This document shows, in pieces, positions 43,449 through 56,102 of a stretch of 64,000 nt of DNA (its first letter is position 1; each line of letters begins with the position of its first letter). The DNA is taken from contig SMSO01000032.1 in assembly GCA_004764695.1 (NCBI GenBank), positions 3,690,483 to 3,754,482 of the forward strand, in the 5' to 3' direction. A program made the position numbers and the translations under genes. This stretch comes from Schizochytrium sp. TIO01 (taxonomy: Eukaryota > Protista > Bigyra: Labyrinthulomycetes). Under the pieces are notes generated by a model, which saw only the letters and a program-made list of their open reading frames with translations, made no database searches and had not been told where the DNA came from.

Positions 43449-46400
43449 CAAGGATCATCAACCGTGCATTCTGAGCAATCGACTCAATACTTCGAGTCCG
43501 CACTTTCTTATACCCTAATTCAATCGTGGACTATTCGTCCTTGGTGTCTACGAAGCTCCTGATTAGGTGGGACGGGCGAGCCCTGAACGCGAGATAGAAG
43601 AAGATGAAACCGCTCCGTGGAAAAACTTATCGGGTAGTACAGCGTACCAATATTAAAATAAAAGAAGAAAACGAAGAAAATTAAAACCTAATTAATACCA
43701 GTTTCTTGCATCAGTTGTTATCAGCATTCCTTCAACATTATCCCCAACATCCAGTTCAAGAACTAAGAACTAAGCCTTTTGACAACCTGCAGTCAGCCAA
43801 GGCCTCGAGAATAGGACTTCAGCGATCTGGTCACAAGCGGCGTTGCGGCTTAATTTCCACGAAAAGGAGCCTGAAGATGTCATTTCCATAAATAAAAAGA
43901 AACCAATACCGATTAAACGCCAGCGCGTGCGAGCATAAACTTTACAGGGGACACAATTGTTCGCAACTCAGCCATCGCCCTTCTGCACAGATATGTTGAA
44001 AGCAATTCAGTTTGAATCCAAGCGAAAACAACTCTTTATGGCATTTCAGTTTCTTCGCTTTTGCTACACTGTTGAGGAATTTATTTCAATTACTCTCACA
44101 ATTCGCTATTTTTGGTTGATAAGTTTGACAGAAAAAGAGAAAAGAACAACAACTTGAAAATTAGAGCCTAATAAAACACTGTCAGTGCTAAAGAAGTAGG
44201 TAGGAGGAGCCTATGTAGGTACTATGATTTGTAAAAGGAACAGGAATTCTGATTATTAGTTTGGACAGTTTATTTTGGAGACCTCAGAAGAAAGAAGTCA
44301 TTCGCTTGGACTTTCAGAGGGGCCATGATCAATTCGACATTTGGCTTCGTGGTGTTTCCTCAGGTGTGGTTATCAAGGCGTTGCAGACTAGCCGCCTTCC
44401 CTGTTGAGGTGCTGCTGCTTGACCACCGCGAGCAGGGCTCAGGGCAGCGGGGCAGGGAAACGTCTTCTTCGAGGGTCAATTGGTTCAAGTATTCTTAAAT
44501 TGCATCTCATAGGGAAAGTGCTCCAAATTCTTAGAGATTACTTTATTTTCTTCCTTGTAAGGCAGAATCGTAAACCTGAGAGACAGCACCAGTATTCTGA
44601 GACAGCCGTAGAATTCTATCACCGCGTAGGCGCCATATGGCCTTTTGGCGGGATGGATACGTTGGCTATTCGTCGAGTGGCCGAAGTAGGCAGCTTCAGC
44701 TCAAGGCGTGCCTTAGAACATCCCCCCTCCTTTGATCTGGCGCTGATCTCGTGAAGACAAAGACTACGTTAGAAGTGCAGCAGCTTGCCTACTGGCACTT
44801 CCCGGGTACCCGCAAAATGCTTTGATAGAGGCACGATGAAGTGGAAACACTTGCATGTTCTTCAGTTTGCATTCGTTGGCCTTGCTAGAGCTCAATCGAT
44901 TGCACTCCAATGGTCGCGATTTGCAGGAAGTCGTTGCAGTAAGGAAGGCATCAAACGCAGCGCACTTTTTTAAGAGTGAGAAAGTACTCACTACGTAATT
45001 ATGGCTAGTAGTCAATAAGAAAAAGATGGTTTGACCCATTTCACAAGAAAGTCGTTACAATGGTATCTACCTTTAACACCCTACCAAAGGTTACTCATGC
45101 GATTCCCTCAGACAGGCCACCACATTTTCACTATTGATTTTCCTGAATTGGAAGGATAAAGATGCAAAAGTCGAGCTAATAGATACCCATCATACATCAG
45201 AGAAGGCTTAATCGTATCGTCTCTGAAGGAAATACTACGAGATAATTTCGGATAAATTGTTCATTCTTTAGGTTTTTGTTTATTTGTTTGTTGTTATTTT
45301 ATTTGTATGACTTCCTTGCGTTGCTACAAATGAGAAGTGCAAGTCTATAATATGAAATAGTTGTCCCATACCTGTGACCTGATTTCTCTCGCCCTGAATA
45401 GTTGCTCTCAATGTGGATATTGCAATGTGTTTCTGCAATGCTTCTGAGCAATGTTTATCATGCTTTGCTTTTTGCTTGTCTTTCATGAAAGGAATTAAGT
45501 AAAAGCCAGGTGAGGGAGCGAACCAAAACCTCAAAATTCAAAACAAGATTCTGAGGAAAACCATCTCATTTTGTATGATATCAACTCCTTCTTTGATAAT
45601 TTGTTTTTAGTATTTACCATTGGTCTTTCTAAGTAGGTATGTGGAGGCTCAAAGTGGATACCTCGTTCTGCAACTTACCGAATGAGACCCACCTTTTTCA
45701 GATGTGTCGGGTTCAAGCGCTTATCTTGAAGAATTCGAGGATTCATGTACTTCAAGCTTATTCTTGTATTCCGAAAAAAAGTGCAAAAGGCTTGGTTTTT
45801 ATTTCTGTGGGATTGGTGTCACCACCTTATTCCCTACTGCGCTTGTAGGGGTTCCTCTGAAATAGCAAAGGCATTCAGCACGCCCAGCGTCATTCAGAAG
45901 TCACACACTTCAGACTAGCACTTCTTCAAATCACGATTACAGGCTACCTAGGTGCTGTAACTTAAATTTGCAACTTCTCAGAATACTCAATCAAAGAGGT
46001 AAGCCAGCCAGCCCGCCTTGAACGCATCTTTTTCCAAGTATTCTGAAAGAGTAGAAATAAAATCAAAATATCACAGTGGCGTAGCTTCTTCCTGCGTCTC
46101 GGAGGTTCTGCTCACCATGACGCTCTACGCGCACACTAGGTAGTTCATAAAACTCAGGTTCTGCGTCAATCTCGTTTGGTGCGTTTATCATCTAGCGCTT
46201 CGCTGGAAACTTCCCCAAGGTCTCTCTGCCAAGAGCATGTGCCGCGAGAACATGAGCAACTACAGAAGGCGTCGGTGTCTCGTCCTCGCAAACTAAGTTG
46301 TCTAAACCCCTGGCCATCCGGCAATCCCAACCGGTATTCTTGAAGGCAAAGTGCGGCCTTCTCGACTCGAAGCTTCTACATATCTTAATATCCTTATGCG

Positions 46401-47094
46401 CAATCCTCAGTTCCAATCCTCAGTTTAAGACTGCCTGGTTTCACTCAAGGTCTTGGCAAGTTTTTGTAATGCATTCAACATTTCGGCTCTCCAAGCGTGA
46501 GCCGTCGAACCTATCACTGATGAGTCGCCAATTTCCTGAGTCGCACCTCAGCCAACTAGGTACTGTATGTGTATGCTTTGCAGCACCTTGCCAACGCTGG
46601 CAAACAGCAACTCGTCAGAGATTGTCTTCAGCGAGGCGCCGAATGACGCGGGTTTTCAAGGTCGTCACCGCAATCCATTCTCAATTCCAAGGTCAGCAAC
46701 GCCCGAGGCTCAGCAGAAGCTGGTTCTGGCTAAACTCGTATCTGAAATCGTCCTCCCTGAGGCGCAACTTGCACGAGGGCCTCTGCTTACAGATCCAAGG
46801 CCCTCTCTTCAGCGGGGTTCTAGGCCTCTGCTCGAACTTGGTGTCCACTCGACTTCCTGAGCTCTGGGAAGGCGGTTAAACCCGCGATGTACGGCCCAGG
46901 GGTGTAGGGCAGCGACAGTCGCCTGTTATTAGCGAGTTTCGGGGCGCTTCAGGCTTCGTTCGAGGCAGCTATGTCGGTTTTTGGCGCCTGGCCGCCCGGG
47001 AAGATCTAGCGGCGTCCCCCATTGTATTCCTGTATGAGTTCATTCAGAGCAAACTGGAACACAAATCGGCGCACGAAAGATTGAGGAAAGAGGA

Positions 47095-47152
47095 AGAAAA
47101 GAAAAAGAAAAAGAAAAAGAAAAAGAAAAAGAGAAAGAAAAAGAAAAAGAAA
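47095..47152. repeat. (GAAAAA)n microsatellite
   Basis: Read directly; followed by short (CTGAAAA)n repeats near 47214-47248. Confidence 0.85.
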
Positions 47153-49076
47153 ACTGAGAAAACCAAAGATCTAAAATAAAAATAGTAAAACAGTTAAACG
47201 GGAATACAGAAAAACTGAAACCTGAAAACTGAAAACTGAAAACTGAAAGCTCGAATTGAAGCGACACAGGGAAAGAAAACCTGCAGTGATAAAGGGCCTC
47301 GTGGCTGTTCGACTTTTGAAGCTTCGTATAGTGGGCCGGAGGGCTGTTCTCGAGGACCGTTGTCTATCGTGGTGGCGAAAGCTTTCCTTTCAGAGCTCTT
47401 GTTTCCATAAGTTGGAAAGATTTCCATTCAAAGTTTGTGATGGGTATTATGTAAAAAAATATTATTAAAAAATGAAAAGATATGACATTTTGATTCTTTG
47501 ATTTTGCTTAGCGATAACCAGTTTAGACATCAAACAAGGCAAACCAAAGCCGGATCTTCAGGGTCCAAGCTGGTGGCTTTGTTTCCGATTTCCACGCCAA
47601 TGGCAGCGCTTTGGATATCTGTCTCATCTGCTCTGAGGTCCCCAAGTCAGTGGGTTCCCGCAAAAGGCGACGAGAAACATTACTTTTGCTACAGGTCTGT
47701 TTGTTCATTTATAAATAAATCGATCGCCCTACTAATTCCAAATGGAAGACAACTTAAAATGTCATTCTTCTCGTCTTCGTTCATTCGTGATTCTTGAAAA
47801 CACTCTTCCCAAACCAATCCCATTCTCACTGAGTCACCCGCACGCTCGCAAAACCTGCGGCACAAGCGCCACCCCATCGTCGAGTCCCTCGCCCTTGAAG
47901 CTCTTTAGAACCGATCTCCACTATCGCTGTACGCGCCTTCGACTCCTTTGACGCTGTAGGAGAAAGAGTGTACTATTCTGCTCATGAGTTGAGATGAGAT
48001 GAGATGAGATGAGATCTGCATATCTATCTACCTGAGAATCGAACGGATCACAAAGCACGAGACGAAGATCAAACAGGTCGCCTCAAGGCACTCGAAGTCA
48101 GCAGGCAGACCACGAGCAGCCTCCGCTAAGACGGCACCAGGCCACCGACGGCGGAGTGACCGGGTAGGAAGCGGCAGCATGCACAAGTTCTTCGAAGATG
48201 GCGGGCGGCCTCGACGCTCAGTGCTGGTGGGTCAGTCAGCTCAAGAAGTCCATCGCAGCCCAGGAAAGCGCATCGTCGTCGATCATGATCGAGGCTCGCG
48301 AAGATCAATCAGATCATGATCCCGCAGGTCGACGTGCCAGCGTAGCGCACCGAAGCAAGCGGACCGAGACGCAGAGGAACTCGACCCACGCACGGTCTTG
48401 AAGAAGGAATTCCTCGTCTCCTTCCTTCTGAAGAGCTCGTGAAACGAAACCTTCAGGTTACGCATCTCTTCAGGAATGCAAGATGCCCAAGCGGCTGACT
48501 CGTTCTGCACGTATGAGCGAGCCATCAGAGGATTCAGGTGCTCGTTCGCTCTGCAGATCGATCGCTGGATCGATGGATTGATTCATAGATGCATGGGAAT
48601 TAGAGACATGCACAATCGCGTGCCCCGCAATTTTCTATTGCAAAGCACCATCATAGAGAATTGCGAATGAATGCACTGAGTTTGATCGCGAGAATATCGC
48701 CATGTCCCGCTCCTTCCCGAGGTGCCTGGGCTGACGGCGTGGCGGCCTGGAGGAGTTGGCAGTGAATGCCTCAGCTTCGGAGTCTTTATCTCAGAGCCGC
48801 TCGCGATGGCGAGAGGTCTTCGAGTTGGTTGAGTTGAGTTCGTCACTTGTGTTGAACATCCTTGAAACTTCCTGGCATTTGATGAGTTGTTTCTCTGAAA
48901 TTCTTACGATTGTTGTTTTATTAATTGCCAGAAAATTAATTCATTGTAAAAAGTGTTTCTTTTTCTCTTCTCTTTTTCTTTTCTCTTTTTCTTTTCTTTT
49001 TTTAATTCGAAAGTCCATCAATCAATCAATCAATCAATGATAAGTAAACTGTAAAAATGAGAGAACTTGAACTGGA

Positions 49077-49077
49077 A

Positions 49078-49148
<71 letters not shown>
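49077..49148. repeat. (AAAG)18 microsatellite
   Basis: Read directly from the sequence. Confidence 0.95.
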
Positions 49149-49149
<1 letters not shown>

Positions 49150-49922
49150 AAAAAAACTTGACTCTAGTCTTAGCTATTCATAGCTGAGGCCTATTGAAAG
49201 CTGACTGGTAAAAAGAACTCGTATCATCGTAAAAAAGTATTCAGCTTTACAATGAGTAGGTATTAAAAAATGATTAATCGACGTCACCAATTCTGCAAAG
49301 AAGTCCCTGCGAAGCAGCCTCTTGGGAATCAGATCCTCAGCAAATCCAAATCGAAGCCTCCAAGGTAAGTCCGGCGATCTTGACAGTAGACGCCAGAGCT
49401 ACTAGCTCGCTCTGCATGCAACTGGTGCAGCAGCTATCGCCGCTCCAAGTCTGAGCCTCGCTCGAGCAGAGCAGAGCAGCTCAGTCGATTCAGGGCCAAC
49501 TCGTCCGTCCATCAGCTCGGCACCAAGGCGCGGAGTATTCACGCGGGCGACATGCGCACCGGGAACCGGGTCCAGCTTGCTTGCAGAGAGTCCGCACGAG
49601 GTCATTTTTCAAGCTGGGCCTGAAGCAGCACAATCTCCATGATCATGAATTCTTCGTTTTTGTCGCGGAGTTCTGCAATCCTTGCAACATAGCTTGACGT
49701 GAGGGAGCCATATAGTAATATAGCGATATTGCTAGCTATTAAGATCTTGTCACTTTGTTCAAGGTTGGGGAGATGCACCGTGCGAGGGGTCACCTCAAGC
49801 GAGCGGCATTGGTGCGGATAAGTGAAGAAGGAGGTACTGTGAATGAAGATTGGAATCTAACGTAGAATTCTGAGATAATGATGCATTCTTACAGATAGGA
49901 AAACACCGGTCAAATACAGAAA

Positions 49923-51074
49923 ATGGCTCCGCCCGTAAAGCATGACGCGTCGTACTATAGCAAGTGCATGGTAGGCGGTATCATTGCATGTGGTACCACG
50001 CACACATCGCTCGTGCCTTTGGATATCGCCAAGATCTCCATGCAGAGCGATCCTGCAAAGTACAAGAGTCTTGTCCAGTCAATGAACCTTATTAAGTCCA
50101 CGGAAGGTTTGGGAGGTCTCACTAAGGGATGGCTTCCTACCCTCATTGGCTACTCATTCCAGGGTTGTGGAAAGTTTGGTCTCAACGAGGTCTTCAAGGA
50201 CTTTTACGGCGGCATGCTCTCTGAGGAAAATGCGGTCAAGTACAGAGGATTGACCTGGACTGCCGCTGCCGCAAGCGCAGAGTTTTTTGCCGACATCGCG
50301 CTCTGCCCATTGGAGATGGTCAAGGTCAAGGTGCAAATCTCCCCGTACGGCACTTTTCCCACCAACTTCTTTGAGGCTACCAGGGCCATGATCGCTGATA
50401 AGTCCACCCGCTTCCCTTTTGGCAGTCTTGTCCCTCTTTGGTCTCGTCAGATTCCAGTAAGTTACTTCTCTGCCCGCAAATATCAAGGCTTATTATCAAC
50501 TCCAAGTTGTCAAGCGAAACATCTTGTCTTGCTAACTTCCAATCTCTAAATACCTCGCACTTATTTTCACCACACAGTACACCATGGCTAAGTTTGTTGG
50601 TTTCGAATTTGGTACGTTTAGAGAACAACATCTCCGTGCACCAGAGTGCATTCTGGAAGAGTCTTTCTATTTCTTTGCAACTGGGCCGTAATTTGCAGAA
50701 ACTAACATCCCTCCCTTTTTTCAATTTATATCACAGTCGCGGAACAACTCTATGGCAACGTCTTTACCAAGCCCCGTGAGCAGTACACCTCCACCCAGCA
50801 GCTTGGTGTCACGTTTATGTCTGGCTACATCGCTGGTATCTTCTGTGCAATTGTCTCGCAGCCTGCTGACAACCTCGTCTCCCAAATGGGCAAGAAGGAG
50901 AACTCTGGCAAAGGCTTTACACAAATGGCAAACGAGGTGGGCATCAAGAACTTGTTTGTTTCCGGCTTGGGAACGCGTATTCTCATGATTGGTACGCTCA
51001 CCGGTCTCCAGTTCTACATCTACGATCAGTTCCGCGTCTTCTCCGGTCTCGGCACCAGTGGTGGAGGACACTAA
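49923..51074 (+). CDS. Mitochondrial phosphate carrier (SLC25A3/MIR1-like); 3 exons: 49923-50456, 50578-50611, 50737-51074
   Basis: CGTTHTSLVPLDIAK, GWLPTLIGYSFQGCGKFG, AEFFADIALCPLEMVKV. Splicing the GT-AG introns 50457-50577 and 50612-50736 (both with CTAAC) restores PLWSRQIP|YTMAKFVGFEF|VAEQLY...AIVSQPADNLVS...RILMIGTLTGLQFYIYD. Confidence 0.95.
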
Positions 51075-51922
51075 AGAATCAATCCGCGCGAACTGGCAGT
51101 CATTTCATGTACATTCACAATTTGCGATCATACGTAGTGACATCAACAACAAAATCAAGTTTCCTTTTTTTATTTCTTCATCATTTCCCTTAAATCTTTT
51201 CCAAGTTTTTGAAACTCCTACTGACCCAAAGCCAAAACGAATTTATGATTCAATAGAAAGACCTACTTTGCAACCAGTACATGTGGAAATATGTATATCT
51301 ATAAAAAATGTGGTACACACATTATAACGGGTACCCATAGGGGTGCGCGAGTACACCGATAACCGTCATCCGACAACTGGGCTCTGCGAGTCTTCCGCTC
51401 AGGATGAAACCCCTACCGGTGACGCTGCTGCACAGCTAATCCCCTGCGGTCTTCAGCATAATCCCAACTTCAAGTCGCTTTGCGGTCTGTGGAGCTCGTT
51501 CCTCAGAGTTAGCAACGCAGCTCTAGTTGATTGCTTTCCAAAGTGCAGGTCGGGACCATCTGATCAGCGCAATTCATTTGTCAAACACTGTGTTAGAACG
51601 TAGTACCGCCTTGGGACGCGGAGGCGTACATACCTGCGATATAGTGACAAGATCAAGCTTTTAGCCTCTAGGCATTTCAGAAAGCATCCATTTGATCTCC
51701 ACAAAGAGGCTTTTGCAGTTGCACCACAACAACGTTGCGCAGGTGGCGTACATCAACTCAAGAAGATTTCCTGGCAATAGGAACAGAAAGTGGGAGCCAA
51801 CGTGGACACGTGCAGCTCGGTAAACATTTGGCAACTGCTGTTAAAAAACGGGGGGGGATCCGTGCTTTGTGTATTAATCCCTTAAACTAATTTAAAAGAA
51901 GGCAGGGATTTTCTTATAAGCA

Positions 51923-52927
51923 ATGTTCTCCAAGTCTTCGCGTTTCGATACCCCAGGGTCGGGCCGGAACTCAACACCAAGAACGAAGAAAAAGGCTGGT
52001 GAGAACTGTGCAAGCGGGGCGAATGCATTCATCTCGCAACGAACATTCACGCGCCTCATGCGTGATGCTCAGAGTGATGTGCCTTCGTACATGTGTGCTA
52101 CAACCTCAAGCACTGTGCGAAAGAACTCTAACTGCAAGAATGCAGACGACTATGAGGAGTTGCCCTTTCAGGTCGAGGAGGATGGCCCTGGATTTATGCC
52201 ACTCCCTAAGTTTGGTAAAGACACGAAAGGTTCGTCATCGATGAAACGTGGCAAACATGGACGTTTTAGCATGGCAGGCTCAGTATATACACAGTCTCGA
52301 GGAACTCACTCTGACTCATGCGGATTGGGACATGATGAAGGAAATAAAAAAGCCTATGATGCAGGTGGCTATGTACCTAACATGACAAAGAAATCCAGTG
52401 ATCGCTTTGGTAAAGGGTCCTATTTGCAAACATTATTTGAAGAAGGTGCGACATCAGTATCTGCAGGTACATACGAGGCGCCTTCCTCATTCCCAACTTC
52501 TGCAGAAATGGCCAAGGGTACTAGTGCATTCAGGAGCAAGGCAGGTTCCGATCGAAGCAATTGGATCAAAGAGAATACGTACATGCGCGATCGCGACCTC
52601 GCAGCTTGTGAGGGCTTACGCAATCAAAACAACACTTCACATAGCGACTTCGAGAGGAAGGAGGACGTCGTACCATCCTCAATCTTTAAGAATACAAAGC
52701 CTCGTTTTGCCCCCGAGCCAGTACTAGAGCAGGGCCAAGATGCTTTTGGACCTACCTCTCCGACTTCATCTAGAGACTATTTCGAGGATGATGCGCGACC
52801 AGTTAAGTCTTCTGTGGTTTACAGGCGCCCTAAACACAGCCGGTTTTCTGAATATGGTTCAATGTATAATCCACTCCCTTCTGAGCAGCACAAAGGTGGA
52901 CCCCATGCACCAACCCCCACAAAATGA
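51923..52927 (+). CDS. Hypothetical disordered protein with STPG/ODF3-like short motifs
   Basis: 334-aa ORF with recurring motifs SKSSRF, GPGF, KHGRFSMAGSVY, SSDRFGKGSYL, AGTYE, TSAFRSK, SSIFKNTKPRF and KHSRFSEYGSMY. Confidence 0.7.
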   Translation: MFSKSSRFDTPGSGRNSTPRTKKKAGENCASGANAFISQRTFTRLMRDAQSDVPSYMCATTSSTVRKNSNCKNADDYEELPFQVEEDGPGFMPLPKFGKDTKGSSSMKRGKHGRFSMAGSVYTQSRGTHSDSCGLGHDEGNKKAYDAGGYVPNMTKKSSDRFGKGSYLQTLFEEGATSVSAGTYEAPSSFPTSAEMAKGTSAFRSKAGSDRSNWIKENTYMRDRDLAACEGLRNQNNTSHSDFERKEDVVPSSIFKNTKPRFAPEPVLEQGQDAFGPTSPTSSRDYFEDDARPVKSSVVYRRPKHSRFSEYGSMYNPLPSEQHKGGPHAPTPTK

Positions 52928-53877
52928 GCACATTCAAATTTATTTGTACTAATGATCAAATGATATTTCCTCCACTGAACGTGATCACAGTTTTTCTAGA
53001 TGGGTGTATTCCCAAATCAACCTTGCGAAGTCACAGCATTCTTTAAATAGCAGCAATGATGAACTGTATCTCGCATAATCATTAAAGGACGTGAAGAGCA
53101 ACTGCATTAGTTTCTTTCTGGGCGCTAGTACCGATCTTGGCCCAAAGGATCAACATGGGAGACGTTGCCCAACAAAGTTTAATCCAGTTATTTTTACTAA
53201 AATACGCTTCAGCCCTTGACCCAGCTACATTCATCATGAGCTGATTCCTCTGCACGGTTCATGTTCATGTTCGCCCTAAGATGCTACCGTTGTACACCGA
53301 TCGCAATGTTGTTCCACTTCCACCTTTTCACCTTGGTCGCCTCACTTTCGGCATAAACCCATTCCCCCTAACCTTCCCATTTGCAAACTACATTTGACCG
53401 CGTCACTTTCGAGTCATCATTGCCACACCGGAGCGTTTCCGCTTTCTACACATCAAGTCCCGCCGCCTTTGCTCGCTGCATTGCAGCTTTCCCGAGTTGT
53501 GGCGAGGTTCGCTCGGCAAGTCGATCCGGTCAACTTCTCTTCGGTCCGTGATAACTTGGCACAACGCAGATTGACCGCAGAACAAAGAGCCAATGTGAGA
53601 ATTCTCGTTCCGATAAAACTAGTGCCGAAGCGCTCTGCATGTGCACTTGAAGAGATTCTTACAATGTAGGTTGGCGCCTCGTCGCGCAGGAATCGGAGGC
53701 CGTCGTCGCGATGCAAAATACATTAGCTAGCGAAGATGAGGGTATTACGAAGAAGTTAAATGTAGTCTAAACATTTTTAATGTGGGTACTAATATCCATT
53801 TCTTTGTTCGTACATACATACTTACTTCAGAAGAAGCCGCTTACTTTCTTCACCAGCTCCTTGGTGACTTGACATCA

Positions 53878-54983
53878 ATGATGCGGCAGGAACATACTCT
53901 CCAGCCGCGCCTCCGCAATAGATCGTCCTGGCGGCCTCGGTCGGTCTTCTTCTCTGCACTAGCTGTTCTGGCAGTCTCCGTTTGCCTCGTGGGTTTCGTC
54001 TTCTCAGGTCCTAATTCTCCTCTTCAGAAGCACAGCAAGGTCCAAAACCAAAACCAAAACCAAAACCAGAATCAAAACCAGAACTTGGACAGCCTCGGAT
54101 TGGGACTCGATATAGAAGAAGGCGACGACGAGCAGGATAACATGGGCACAGCTGGCAGCAAGACCTTTGAGGCGCCCGTTGTTATGGGTGCCGAGTCACT
54201 CATGGCCAAAAAGGCGCACGGTACTTGCTCACGTGGTGTTCAACAAGGTTTGCGCTGGAATGTAGACGCTGCGAATGCTGACAAGATCTGCTGCTTCAAT
54301 AGACACTACGCAGAGTACAGTGGCTACTTCGAAGCTCCTGAAGTGACGTGGAGAAAAGAGGTGTCCAAGACTGAGCCCACCAAGTATTATGACTCAGTCT
54401 TCGGCAAGCTCTGCTTCACAGCTCCCATTTCTCGCTCGTTCGATGAGTTTATGAGGGAATCTCGCAGTCACGGATGGCCATCTTTCCGTGATGATGAGAC
54501 CAGTAAGTTTAATCTGCAATTATTTTGAGACACCAAATACAAGCACTTTTGTGAATATGCGATTGACTAACCTTCTTCTTGATGATTTTTTGACACTGTT
54601 TTTAATCGGGGGGATATGTATTAATTGTTGGCAAATTTGATGGCCATGACTATGAACAGACTGGGATGTCGTGCGCGTTCTACCTGGCGGAGAAGCTGTG
54701 ACCGTTGATGGTGTACATTTGGGCCATAACATTCCTGATAAGAAGGGCAACCGCGTAAGTTATAGTTCGACTGTTTCACCAACTGGCTTTTGCGCTCTAG
54801 ATACTAACGTTAAATGGGAGGATTGTTTCATTATTTGTAATGCGTTAATATTTTATTTACATGGGCCCATTTTATGTTCAATTTGGGGTTGAATGTGAAC
54901 AGTATTGCATCAATCTTGTTTGTATTGCTGGCAATCCTGCCGAAGATATTAAGGAGGAAGAGGTGGAAAGTTCTGCAGAATAA
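53878..54983 (+). CDS. Divergent methionine-R-sulfoxide reductase (MsrB/SelR)-like protein with an N-terminal membrane anchor; 3 exons: 53878-54502, 54660-54754, 54903-54983
   Basis: Splicing the GT-AG introns 54503-54659 and 54755-54902 gives ...SHGWPSFRDDETNWDVVRVLPGGEAVTVDGVHLGHNIPDKKGNRYCINLVCIAGNP...*, containing the MsrB signatures GWPSF, HLGH and RYCIN. The N-terminus has a TM segment (VFFSALAVLAVSVCLVGFVF) and a (QN)n linker. Confidence 0.88.
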
Positions 54984-56102
54984 GTTTTCTGTTAATGAGC
55001 AATTATATCCATGCCATGCTTCGTTCGTTCCTCGCGGGGTCGCACAGTTTCGCACGCTCCTTGTATTGTCCTTAAAAACTCTGATCGAGCTACCTTTTTT
55101 TTTTCATTCTTCTCTGCCCCTAGCATATCATTTTATCAGTAGAAAACTTTGTTCCAAAATTATACCTTTCTTATCATCTCCACTGAGTTCTAAGAATTAG
55201 TCGTTGCGTCTCTTGGGTCTCTTTAATCCCAAGATGCTTATAGTCATCATTGCTTGTTACCACTTTGATTTACTACTAGTCCACCGCCGCAGCACTGTGT
55301 CCACACACTGCTTTGTATGCATCTAGTACTTGGTCATCTTTGCCTCAGAAATGAAAGCTTGAAACTCGCCGACTCACAACTGAAACTGGAAAATCTGGTA
55401 TTCTCATATCCTATTTCAATTCACAGGGCACATATCAAATGCATCAGAGTATGACGCGACATCTGAGATAAGAGTCGCTAACTATCCACACAGTGTGATG
55501 CATAAAACACGCAAGCAACCAGCGAGTATCCAGGTAGAATAACCATTCATTAACGAAGAGACGTGTACAGAAGGGTGAACGAAGTACAACAAAAGAGAAA
55601 GAACATAGAAGATTAAAAATTAAAAAGATTGAATCCTTAATTAAAAAGATCAAGATCATGCAATTTACTAATTTTGAGTTTCTTTTTATAATTCGCTTGA
55701 GCTTCGCTGGGATCTCGGCAGTATTTTGTAAAGAGCAAAAAGGATCAATAAAACCCTTTCGCGAGGCGGCCGCTGCCAAGGTCGGAGATCCCGGGAACGC
55801 CTGGGTCTTCACTTCTTGGTATTTGGGGCGCCGCTCGCGTAGGTCACGTGTTGCAGAACCTCCGTTGATTGCATAATTGTCGGTCGGATACCTGCCGATC
55901 ACCTCCCTGGCGATTCATCGATCAACTGACCAAGTCGCCGGACTTCAACTCATAATTTCATACTCAACTGACTCTCTGGGAGAGTACGACAGCCGTCTAT
56001 CTGCTCAGGTGGTGGTTGTATTTTGAGGTGGAACCACTCGACTCCGTTGTTTGGAAAAATCGCCTGTAATCCGCCTTGGATTTCCTCAGAACAAGCAGAA
56101 CG

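Noticed and set aside
43080-43562. ORFs encoding (FVCL)n and (TNKQ)n
   Set aside because: Translations of the (CAAA)73 microsatellite.
46192-46879. 193-aa and neighbouring ORFs
   Set aside because: Non-ATG start, no recognisable motifs, and no splice pattern linking them into a gene.
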